A stretch of 64,000 nucleotides of DNA from Basidiobolus meristosporus CBS 931.73 (lineage: Eukaryota > Fungi > Basidiobolomycota): contig MCFE01000282.1 in NCBI GenBank assembly GCA_002104905.1, positions 1 through 64,000 of the forward strand, written 5' to 3'. This document shows, one piece after another, positions 51,989 to 63,030 of this stretch. The position numbers and the translations under genes are program-made. Under the pieces are notes generated by a model that did not search any database, was not told the DNA's origin, and saw only the letters and a program-made list of their open reading frames with translations. The stretch's first letter is position 1. The number at the start of each line of letters is the position of its first letter.

Positions 51989-54900
51989 TGTTGTAAGAGT
52001 CTTGGAGATATTGGAAGTGATTGGGAGGACAAGTAGATTATGTGGTTTTCACTTAATGATTTACTGAATGTAAAAGTAGTATTTATACTTTTACCTGGTC
52101 TTGGCATAGCAAACATGTAGAATAGGTTAAGGAAGGTCCCAAGAGCATGTGTGCAAAGCTTGGGGCTGTTTGGACAACTTTGAGAATTTTCATGTTCTGG
52201 GTACCTGGTATTTTGGTGAAAATATTCTAAGTAAATCTTGATAAGGAATTTGGTCAGTATTCTCTAAGATTTGAAGGTAATGATCCAACTGACTAAGTTA
52301 GGTGAATATTTAGGTGGAAATACAAATTTTTACAACACTCCCACTCAGCTAAATGTTGATACTAACTAGTCTTAATTTTGACCTAAGATATTCAAACTTG
52401 TCTCTAGCTAATGGTTTGGTAAATATGTCTGCAATCATTTCATCTGTAGGACAGTAAACTAAGCTAGCTAAGTTATTCTCTACAGCTGCTCGTATGAAAT
52501 GACATCTAATATCTATGTGCCTAGTTCTAGCATGAAAAGTTGGATTTCTACCTAATTGTATACATCCTTGATTATCTTGAAATAAAGTAATAGGCGTTTT
52601 TTGACATAGGCCTCAATCTAAAAAGTTTTCTTAACCACATTGCTTCTTTTGTAGCTTCACAGGCTGCCATATACTCTGCCTCTGTGGTGGAAAGTGCTAC
52701 GGTTGGTTGCTTTCTTGAATTCCATGAAATTGCTCCTTTCCAGTAAAGAAAGGTGTATCCTGTTGTGGATCTTCTGTCTTCCAAATTTTGTCCTCAATCG
52801 GCATCAGAGTATCCCACAAGATCCTGTTCTAAATCCTTATAAGTGTATCTTAAGCAAATATCAGCCATTCCTTTTAGGTATCTAAAGATATGTTTAACTG
52901 CTGCAATATGATCAGATCCATAGCTCTCATTATGTTGGCTGACAACTCCCACTGAATATGAGATATCTGGACATGTTCCAAGCATGATATACATCAGACT
53001 GCTGACCATAGATTGATAAGGAAAGTCAGGGCTTTCAGATGGCACCAAGCTCTCTTGATTTGGTTGAGTTTTGACTAAGTTAAGGTTTGTCTCCATTGGG
53101 GTAGCTGCTGGTTTACAGTCTTCCATTTGGTACTTCTTTAGTATATCTTGAATATACTTGGATTGGCTTAGGGTGATTGTCTGGGTACTTCTGTCTATGG
53201 AGAACTTAATCCCTAAGTAGTACCTGAGTTCTCCTAGATCAGACATCTTGAACTCCTTAGATAGGCTGGATTTAGTCTCTTCCAATGTTTCTAGGTTATT
53301 GGTGGCTATAATAAGATCATCCACATGAAGAGCTAATAGAACTGGATTTGCTCTATCTGGCTTATAGTTTATGCTATAGTCAGCATTACTCCTTTTGAAA
53401 CTCAAAGATTCCAAATAAGAATCTATCTTGCAGTTCCAGGCTCTTGGTGATTGTTTGAGACCATAAAGTGATTTTTTAAGCTTGCATACCAAATTAGGGT
53501 TATGTTGGTCAGCAAACCCATCTGGCTGGTCCATATACATGTCCTCATCAAGTTCTCCATTCAAAAATGCAGGTTTTACATCCATTTGATGAATAGAAAC
53601 ATATATTTGGCTGCAATAGCCAATATTAATCTGATGGAATTAAACTTGGCTACTGGTGCAAAGGTCTCAGTATAGTCAAGTCCTTTTGTTTGAGAGTATC
53701 CTTTGGCTACAAGTCTTGCTTTATATCTCTCAATTGTACCATCAGCCTTGTATTTTGTCTTGAAGACCCATCTACATCCAATTGATTTTTGGTTGATTGG
53801 TAATATGACTAAGTCCCAAATTTGATTTTCCATCAGGGTCTGATATTCCTCAGTCATTGCAGATCTCCAAAACTTTGTCTGAGGGCTATTTAGGGCCTCT
53901 TTTACAGTCTGAGGTTCATCAATATGAACTGAATAGGCATAGGCTAAGTTTGTACCCTCATTGATAAAGTAATTTGGGCTATTTCTTGTCCAATTGGATC
54001 TCCGGGCATCTGATACTGGAATGATCACTTCTGGGATATTCCTGGGCACTGATTCTGGCTGAACCATGGTTGTAGAGTCCTCTGGAGTGAAAAATTCTCA
54101 TTGTTTTGCTCTGATTCAATCCTGACAATTGGCGGACTTGAGATCAAATTTTTGTCATCATCTGATGTCATTTTTTGTGAAAATTTTGAATTTTCATCAA
54201 ACAACACATCCCTGGACTTGATCGGCTACTTTGCTTTGGTATTGTAGAGTCTGTATGCCTTACTCTTATTGCTGTAGCCCAAAAACATGTATTTTACACT
54301 TTTTGGCTCAAATTTTGACTGATTTCCAGCCAGTTTTTTAGCATATGCTGTACACCCAAATATTCTTAGATGTCCTGCACTTGGTCTGTATCCATACCAT
54401 GCTTCAAATGGAGTAGTTTCACAGAGTATTCTGTTATAACTCCTATTTTTAAGGTATACAGCAGTGGCAATGAATTCCGCCCAAAAATCATAGGATAATT
54501 TTTGATCATGGATCATAGATCTTGCCATATCAATTATTGATCTGTTAGCACATCCTGCTACTCCATTTTGCTGTGGGGAGTATGGTACAGTAGTCTCTTG
54601 CTTTATCCAATGAATTTTGCAGAAGTGGATGAAGAGTTTTGAAGTATATTCTCCACCATTGTCAGAGCGTATTTTCTTGATTTTTTCACCAGTTTCTCTC
54701 TCCACCATGGCTTTAAACTCCCTGAACTTAGACGGAGCTTCTTCCTTTCTCTCCATGAAGTAGACCCATGTGTATCTTGTATAATCATCAATAAAAGTGA
54801 TTAAATACTTCATCCCGCCTAAGGATAAATTTTGCATAGGTCCACACAGATCTGAGTGAATTAGATCTAATTTTTTCTTAGTTTTGATCAACCCAGAGCT

Positions 54901-56452
54901 CTTGAACAGTTGTCTGGCTTGTTTCCCATATATGCAGGCTTCACAGTGCTCCAAATTAGCTGGGGGATCAATTTTCACTCCAGAAATTAGCTGATCCTTG
55001 ATCATTTTACACAAATAATCAAAATTGATGTGTCCAAATCTCCTGTGCCAAAATATTGGTGTTTCTTTATTTAAGTTACTTCTATTGGCTTCCAAATATG
55101 ATGGAATATAAGTCAACTTGTATAGATTCTGATCTTGGATGCCCAAAGCAATATGGGCACCATTTTGATCAGTTATCCTGCATCCAGAATTGTCAAAACT
55201 GAAGCTGAGTCCTTCTGCTATGGCCTTGCTTACAGAGAGTAGGTTCTTGGCTATTTCTGGCACATAGAGTACTTCTTTAAAGGTCAGTGTATGGCTTCCT
55301 TCACTGCTTCTAAGGTTTACTTGGATAGTTCCTTCTCCCACTGCATCAAGTGTTCTATTGTCACCCATGAAAACCTTCTTAATTGGAATTTCTTGATATT
55401 GGGTAAAAAGTTCTTTTTGGAGTGTAAAGTGTTGAGAAGCTCCAGAGTCAATATACCATGTCTGATAATCCTTGTTTGTGGTCATATTTAGTGCAGATAT
55501 GAATAGTCTATCTTCAGTTGTTGCAGCATTTCCATATTCAGTCTTCTTTTGCTGATAATCTCTCTTTTTGAGACACCGGTCTGATGTGTGTCCTTTCCTT
55601 TTGCAGTAGTTGCAAAACAGGTTGCTGTTGCCTTTGTAGGGTCTTGGGTACCTCCTTTGTTTGTTATCATTGCTTATTAAAGCATTTTCTTCTTCCTTCT
55701 TATTAGCGCTTGATTTTCTTAATTCTTCATCCAGGAGTCTTCCATATACATAGTTTAAGATCAAATCTTCAGTTCTGGACTCTAGGGCAGATACAAGGTC
55801 CTGAAACTTGTCTGTCAGGCTATTCAGGATGGTAACTATTAGCAATTTGTCCCTGACATTAAGGCAAATGCAGTTAAAGGCACTTTGTTCTTTCTTCTGG
55901 TACTTCAAGGCTTCCTCTCCCACGTTTTTAGGAGGGCATTCTTCTCCCATGACAATATCCAAAAGGCCTCTTTCTTGCAGCAGCATCTTCATCTTCACCT
56001 TCCACACTTGCTAGTTAGATCCATCCAACTTCTCAGCAGAGGGAAAAATTCCAGTAATAGCAGTAGTAGACATTGCAGAGAGTGACAGCTTGGGGCTCAT
56101 AACCTGTTGTAAGAGTCTTGGAGATATTGGAAGTGATTGGGAGGACAAGTAGATTATGTGGTTTTCACTTAATGATTTATTGAATGTAAAGTAGTATTTA
56201 TACTTTTACATGGTCTTGGCATAGCAAACATGTAGAATAGGTTAACAAAGGTCCCAAGAACATGTGTGCAAAGTTTGGGGCTGTTTGGACAACTTTGAGA
56301 ATTTTCATGTTCTGGGTACCTGGTATTTTGGTGATAATATTCTAAGTAAATCTTGACAAGGAATTTGGTCAGTATTCTCTAAGATTTGAAGGTAATGATC
56401 CAAGTGACTAAGTTAGGTGAATATTTAGGTGGAAATATAAATTTTTACAACA
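51989..56452 (-). mobile_element. Full-length Ty1/Copia LTR retrotransposon, family A (4,464 bp)
   Basis: LTRs 51989-52337 and 56105-56452 (about 10 substitutions and 1 indel by eye), TGTTGTAA...TTACAACA ends, TSD GATTG (51984-51988, 56453-56457), PBS GGTTATGAGCCC, PPT AGTGGGAG. Confidence 0.97.
52349..56073 (-). pseudogene. Copia A gag-pol polyprotein (gag, zinc knuckle, protease, GAG-pre-integrase, integrase, RT, RNase H), disrupted
   Basis: CNYCKRKGHTSDRC, WYIDSGASQH, HSDLCGP...FIDD...SDNGGEY, YKARLVAKG, LHVDDL, GYSDAD. In-frame stops near 56015, at 54226 and 52794; frameshifts near 54.07, 53.6 and 52.62 kb. Confidence 0.93.
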
Positions 56453-56455
56453 GAT

Positions 56456-57152
56456 TGTTGCATTCAAGAGAAAAGTGTAATAAAACTCTTGAATGAGTTA
56501 ATTGAAACTAAGTGACAACTAGGCGCAGAATCTTAGAATTGTCAAGGGTGACAGAAATATTAGCAGAGAAGTTCTGGTCTAATATTGGTTTTGTATAGAG
56601 TTGGGTTGGGCTATAAAGGTAACAGAGTTGGTTTGCTATACAGGCTAGGCTTGGTGTTCCTGGGAATGTTAGATATACTAGGCTTAGGTGGAAACTGGAA
56701 TGGAATTGTTGAATTCTTAATTTTACTGAGGCACAATCTTAGTTTTGTTGAGACATACACTAAACCAAAAGTTTCAGTAAACTTTATTTATATTTTTCTG
56801 ATCAAGTTGAATTAGTAAGTGCCAGGAGACTGGACTAATTGAAATCTGTTGGGGTGTTCATATGTGCATAAGATAAATGAGAAACTGCATCATTAATCAG
56901 CTGATGTCTTGGCAACTGCTAAGTGGTTGGATAGATCTCTGATGACTAATCACTTGAAAGGCTTAGCAGATCAGTTGAGGATGTAATGACCACATTAAAA
57001 TTGATCAGGTGTGACAGCTAAAAATATATTCTGAGAAGTGATAAAATAAACCACAACTGGGATTAGTTATGTTTAGGCCAGGGAAACCTGTCAGGATACT
57101 AGATTTTCTAACAGAGCAAAATAGGCTAAGTTTTAAATGCTGATGCACAACA
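56456..57152. mobile_element. Solo LTR family G (~697 bp), 5-bp TSD GTGAT
   Basis: Removing Copia A gives gtgat|TGTTGCATTC...GATGCACAACA|gtgat (51982-51986 and 57153-57157), and the flanks rejoin the D transposase. Confidence 0.8.
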
Positions 57153-58749
57153 GTGATACCCTAGGCATCTGGAAGATAGCTGGCTTTTCTGAAGACAATT
57201 GATGGTATTGCTGTCAAACATGTGAGATCCAGGGGAAATACTCCATAGCTCAAACACAATATTGTTATCCAAACATCATACTAGGTATATCATCTCCCCA
57301 CTGAGAGATTGTGCAGAAGTTAGCATGCAATTGGAGCAAAGTTGGCAGGCCATAAGCAATCAGTCAGAATACAGAATTAATCAAAAACCACAGATACCTA
57401 AGATAGAGGGTATTTGTTGGAGCAAAGTATGCCACTGGGAGCAAAGCATCTGCCTTTCAACTATATCCTTCCATTAATGAACACAATGTACATGGGGCAT
57501 TTCAACCTATATAAGCCCTTTAATATGCCAGATAAATCTGAAAGAATTGGCAAGATATTATAGAGAATTTGCTATCCAAAGTACTTCTCACAGGCTTCAA
57601 TCAGTATTCACATGCATATGCACGTATAAAAATGTAAGGACTAGATAAGCCAGATATGTACCTATTTAAGTTGCCTTCTGAAGCCATTTCTACCAAGAAT
57701 ACATTGTAAGCCTTGGCAGTCATACATTTACATTGTAGGAATATTTATCCAGCAGTGGATCATTATTGTCCAATTGACTCATCTACAGCTTTTATGCAAG
57801 GAGCCTATGACAGGGTTTGAGCAGCTATACTAATAGTATAAAGCTGAGTGCATGTATCTCTGCTGGTACTGTATCTACCCTCTACTTCATCTTGTTTAGT
57901 GTGTGGAGAATATTGGGCCTTGCTTCACCATTTGGTAGTTTCATATGGAGTGGATATGTGGGAAGATCAGAAGATAAGTCAAGTTTCAGGTACTACCATA
58001 TCCCAATCTCATCAAGAATATGACCTTCAAGTCCATCATGGATGGGAAGAGCTGAAAAACCTGAGGACAGATGTGCACATGGAGACATCTATGCCTTTGG
58101 CATTAAGTAGCTAAGCAGTCCTATTGCATGGGTAATCAGTTAAGTTATGCATGGTTGGGTGGAGACAATGAACAACTAGTTTTATTAGGACAATTTTACC
58201 AAATTATGCCAGGTTTCTCTTGGTCACCAGTAAATTTCTACACCATTTGATACAGAACTTGCACAAAGAAGAGCCAGAGCACACCTTTAAGGGGGTCTAG
58301 AATCCAGCAGGGAGAAGGAATACATTGGCAAATACCAAAAGGCTCTTTGTGGATATTCAAGAGGTATTCATGGCAAAATTGGTGTCAACCAAGCATACAT
58401 TTGCAAGATGTATATGTTACCAGCTATACATGGTATATGGCAGTTTTGCAAGTATCACACTAAACAGTCATAAACTTAAGGTGATAGATGTATGTATATT
58501 GCAGCAGGTGTGTGTATATGCAGAGGTTAGTAAGCAGGAGGTTATAGTTTTATTGATTCAAACTACAAGTGGAATGCCCAAGGTAATAGTGGGTGAGCAA
58601 CTAAAGAGAGGTAATTCTACAGTGAAATATATGAGTGGTACAGGGGGAGGTGGAGAGAGCAAATACCACTTGGGAAATTGGTATGGTAGCATTATTTGGA
58701 ACTAGCTATGGGCTGCTGTACTGCTATTATAATGCAAGCAGAGGTCAAC

Positions 58750-59773
58750 CATGAGGCCATCAGAGCAACATTAAGCTTCCTACCAGATAAGGCAATTTGA
58801 TGTATTAGCCAGTTAGGTCTGCTCTAAGTCTAAGAAGCTTGTTACAATAGCCACATGATGCTTTTTCTCTTCTCTCACAGAGTTGAGTCAAAGTAGTCTT
58901 GTCCATGGGGCAATGGCTTGATACTGAACAATGTAGCTATATCACATCACTTTTTGCTAATATACATGTGTAAATGTGAGAGTTTTGTTTTGTAGACATT
59001 GCTCCTACTTGTATGCAGGATTCATTGATGGCCTACTTTAGTAAGCATTATGAATAGTGTTGTGGCACCATATACACATATGTATGTAACACTATTTCCC
59101 CATTGGTTTGACTCACTTTTATGCTTAAGCAGTCAAAAACTAAGACAAAGATATCTGGTTCCAGACTAAGCCCCACTACAGACAACAGTAGAAGAATGGA
59201 TGGACAACAGCATGCTTTGACACTCAGTGCAACAAGCAGGACTGCATCCAAAAAAGGCCATGTTGACACACTACCCATTGAAGGCAATTATGGGGACTCC
59301 TCAGGCTCTCAATCATTTTGGCAACTGAGAATTGCTGCAGAGCTGCAAGCTGACCATAATGCCCAGCCAGATGAGAGTGTAGCAAATGCAGTACCTCCAG
59401 TGGAAGGCCAGCAATTGACCATCATAACATTACCACCACCAGTACTTGCAAGTATGTTGTCAGCTCATACTAAAGTATTGATGAAGTAATTAGGTGCAGT
59501 GGCTGATAGGATAGATGCAATGGCCCAGAGTAATCAGGAAGCTGTCCTGAGACAGGATGAGTAAGCAGTATATCTAGAGCAATCAATATCCCAGGTAGGC
59601 AATACAGTATCTTTGCTGCAATGAAGGCACTCCAGTAGGTCAATATTTCATACCAGAATTGAACCATTCCCATATGTGGCAGCAGAGGAACACTGTGCAG
59701 TCTTTGAAGCACAACAACAGTGCCTAAAGATAGAGCCCACAGAAAAACCTATCACAGCATGGGAGGAAGAGAC
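58750..59773 (-). mobile_element. Family D fragment in opposite orientation (intergenic region plus ORF2 5' part on plus strand)
   Basis: Reverse complement of 49.9-50.9 kb; ORF 59121-59489. Confidence 0.65.
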
Positions 59774-60094
59774 TGTGATAATTATACTTTCAAGTAGGCT
59801 ATATGGTTTTCACTCAATGATATATTGAAAATAGATGTGGTATTTATACTTTTACATGGTCTTGGCAAAACAAATACATAGAGCATGCTACAGAAGTTCA
59901 CAAGTGCATGTGTACAAAGTCTGGGGCTGTTTGGATAGCTTGCTTATATTTCATGTTTTGGGTACCTGATGTTTTGGTGAAAATATCCTTGGTAAATCCT
60001 AGCAAGGAATTGGCCAGAATTCTCCAAGATTGTACACTATGATCTAAGTCACAAGTTAGGCAAATATTCAGTTGTATTTTCAAGGTTTACAACA
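59774..60094 (-). mobile_element. Truncated, diverged solo LTR of Copia family A
   Basis: tatggttttcactcaatg...acatggtcttggc...gtttacaaca matches LTR A. No TSD. Confidence 0.7.
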
Positions 60095-60933
60095 AAGTAT
60101 AGATAACATTTACATTCAGTGTATTGTTAAGTGGAAACCACAGAACCTATTAATTCTCCCCGTGACTTTCTAAATCTTGAGAGACTCCCACAACAGTAGA
60201 CGCAAGCATTGGTCAACACTGCGAAGAGACGTATAAGGCAGTGCCATTGATATTGTTAAAAATCTCATATCTCAGATGCACTGGACCGATTGTGAGACTG
60301 CTACAGTAGAAGAATGTGTCAAGTCTTGAAAACAATGTAGGCAATGTGCGAGAGTCCATCAAACTATGTTGAACCACACACACACCGCATATCCCCTCCG
60401 CACATTCGCCATTCAACGATCTCCCTTGGTTCAAGAGAATATTTTGTTGAATCCAAGTGTACTGGTCAAAGCTTGACCCTGAAATAGTGGGCATGGTTTG
60501 TAGGTAACTTCGGCACCCCTTAATCTTTCCAGGGTTACGTTTTAAGGGTCAAGTAGATATGTGAAGGTAGATGGGTGGCATCAATATCAGTGACTAAATA
60601 GATATCACTCACCTACATTCATGCCATCACTTCGAGGTTGGTGATACATGGGGAACGGTGCTCCCCCCCCGGCTGTAGATAAGCCAGGTGAGAGGCGGTG
60701 GGGAGTGAGTGGGGGGGGAGACTAGATCATATCTGCCTTTCGTCCCACCCCGCCAGTTGCCATCTGGTTCGATGGTTCTTGGCAATGGTGCAACTCCACT
60801 ACGCCATCCGGATCCACGAATCATTTGATGGCCGCTATTTCGGATCCCGCCCCTTATTTCCACTTGTGGCTGACCCATACCAACACGACCCGGTTCTATA
60901 CTGACATTTATTCTACCTACGTACACTCCTACT

Positions 60934-61110
60934 CACACACACACACGTACTAATCGTCCTGTACCTCGGCCAACAAACCCCGGCCGCCGATTTTGCATGC
61001 AAGAAAGCCATTTGTTTATAGGATGAGTGTCGGGGAAAGGGGGGGATGAAGGATGGGATGGGGTGGGGTGAAGTGGAGGTGAAGGTGAAGGTGAAGGTGG
61101 AAGAAGAGGA
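60934..61110. repeat. Simple repeats downstream of the TAT stop: (CA)6 and ~(GAAGGT)3-4 within a purine-rich tract
   Basis: cacacacacacac at 60934-60946; gaaggtgaaggtgaaggt at 61081-61098. Confidence 0.7.
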
Positions 61111-61121
61111 AGTGGCCGCAC

Positions 61122-62460
61122 TTAAATATGGTGACGATGGCAGAAGTTCTCTATGCGCTCGTACGCCTCGATCAATCTCTCCTTGGGCGGGGTGATCACG
61201 AGACGAACGTAGTTGGGGTATTTGAAGCACTGGGCGGGGAGGACGATGACCGACTCCTCGCCGAGCAGCTTCTCGGAGAATTCCACATCATCCTTGATAT
61301 CTTTGAATTGGTCCGACTGGATCTCCACCATCATGTACATGGCTCCCTGGGGCTTGATCACCCGAAGCCCCGGGATTCTCGATAGCATCTCCTCGCTGAG
61401 GAGGGCGTTCTGTTCGACCTGGAGGTTGGTCTCGGTGTAGAAGGACTCCGGGGTGTTGTGAAGGATCTCGGGGAGGGCGGCTTGGATGACGGTGTTCGCC
61501 CCGATGATCATCTGACTCAAGGAGATCAACCCCTCCCGTACCTCCTTCAGGATCTCGTTGCGGTCGTGGATCAGGACCCAGCCAACACGCCAGCCTGGGA
61601 CCAGGTACCGTTTGGCCAGGCCACCGACCGAGATGACGGGGACGGAGTTGGTGAGGGAGGCGATGGGGGTGAAGGAGTATCCAGAGAACACCATGTCCCC
61701 GTAGATCTCGTCCGAGATGATGGGCAAACGATGCTCCTCGCACACCCTGAGGAGCTCCTTGAGGTGGGCTTCGGAGAAGACCGAGCCGCAGGGGTTCGAT
61801 GGGTTGTTGATGATGACGGCGGCGGTGTTCTCGTCGATCAGGCTCTTGAGGTGATCGATATCGATCTCCCAGGAGTTCTCGGGGCTAAGGTTGTAGTAGC
61901 GGCACTCGATCTTCTTGGGTCCGGCGAGGGTCTCGTACACGGAGAACCCGGGGCGTGGTAAGAGGATGTTCTGGCCTTCGTCGGCCAGAGCGCCGATGGC
62001 GAGCTCCAGAGCTCCGGAAGCTCCGCTGGCGATGATCACATCGTTTGCGGTAAGAGGGGAGGTTTTGGTGCCGTACTTCTTGGCGATGGCGTCTCTGGCA
62101 ACCTCGAGGCCTGGAAGGGTCGGTCAGAAGGATGGAAGCGAGAGGAAGGGTCGGAGGGGACTTACCAGTGGAAGGGCCATAACCACTAGCGGTGTGGGCA
62201 CGGAACTTGGAGACGACCGCCTCGATGCAGGACTCGTCAATCTTGAAGTTTCCAAAGATGGTTGGATCCCCTTTGGGAGGTAAAGGTTAGAAGGGGTCGG
62301 GGAGCGGAAGAAGCCGAAGGAACTCACCAAGGGCCAAACTAATCACGGCCTTCTGTGGATGAGGGGCAACCTTCAGGTTGTCAACGATTCGACGAATAGG
62401 GTTGACCGCGCGTTGGGAAGCCTTCGAGGCACGGATATTCCACTCAGCTCCGGTGGTCAT
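61122..62460 (-). CDS. TAT: Tyrosine aminotransferase (class I PLP-dependent), 3 exons: 62460-62328, 62270-62166, 62110-61122; 408 aa
   Basis: MTTGAEWNIRASKASQRAVNPIRRIVDNL...ISLALGDPTIFGNF; NNPSNPCG, SDEIYG, GGLAKRYLVPGWRVGW (PLP lysine), GAMYMM. GTGAGT/AG and GTAAG/AG introns give a continuous frame ending in TAA. Confidence 0.95.
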
Positions 62461-63030
62461 GGTTTATCAAACGTAACAAAGATGTTTGGCCTTTTCAGCG
62501 GCTGAAGCCCCTATTTATTGAATTCCCCTACACCGAGGGGAATCCGGTGGTCGGTACGTAGTGATTATTGGCTGGTGTGCCATGGATGTTGCATCCCTAT
62601 CGGACCCAAGATCCGGCGGATATTATCGAGATCCTTGGCCAGAATCCACGTGTGTTGGAACGTTTCGGGAATGTCACAGGGATGTTACGGATGTGTCGAA
62701 TCTCCCATACGTGATGCAACGGCGGAAATGTTCGAGCGTGCGGAAATGACGGATTCTTGATTTGGATCGAGTCATCACGCCTTGTGTCCTATTTGGAGAG
62801 GAGACCCTACATACCACCACCGCCCTATCGACACCCTAATTGCACCCACCCTCGCTCATTTGCAATCACCCTAAATGCCCAGGAATTTCCCACACTTCAG
62901 ACCAGAAAATTCTCACACTTCAAGTGTCGTCGTATGCGGAAGCATCGCACAGGGTCACTCACAGGATGGAGTTTATTGAGTTGAAGAGGTACATCTATGA
63001 AAAAGGAATCCGATCAACCATGCCCATAGG

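Larger units (their letters stand above)
48430..58750 (+). mobile_element. Family D copy 6 (best preserved): ORF2 relic minus ~48.5-50.4 kb, Tnp2 relic plus ~50.7-58.7 kb, interrupted at 51987-57152
   Basis: AYDPETVLIPACVNSCKAF...RCPTCQEP (51223-51606), YPTCKSCWQLILINL, SGLKLPSNLDSYLYPLLDE (51837-). The core resumes after GTGAT at 57153. Confidence 0.75.

Noticed and set aside
1-60094. Classical Neurospora-type RIP (CpA>TpA) as the main mutational process
   Set aside because: CpA and TpG are abundant and paralog comparisons show CpG as the main target. Some non-CpG transitions exist, so a RIP-like component is not excluded.
60600-60926. Small gene or exon downstream of TAT (ORFs 60627-60926-, 60698-60904+; splice-like signals)
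   Set aside because: No recognisable domain and no consistent exon chain could be built.
61128-62283. Overlapping antisense and alternative-frame ORFs (for example 61458-61961+, 61288-61743-)
   Set aside because: Expected shadows of a high-GC3 coding sequence.
62500-62760. TATA-like and repeated CGGAAAT motifs upstream of TAT as regulatory sites
   Set aside because: Too short to distinguish from chance without orthologous promoters.
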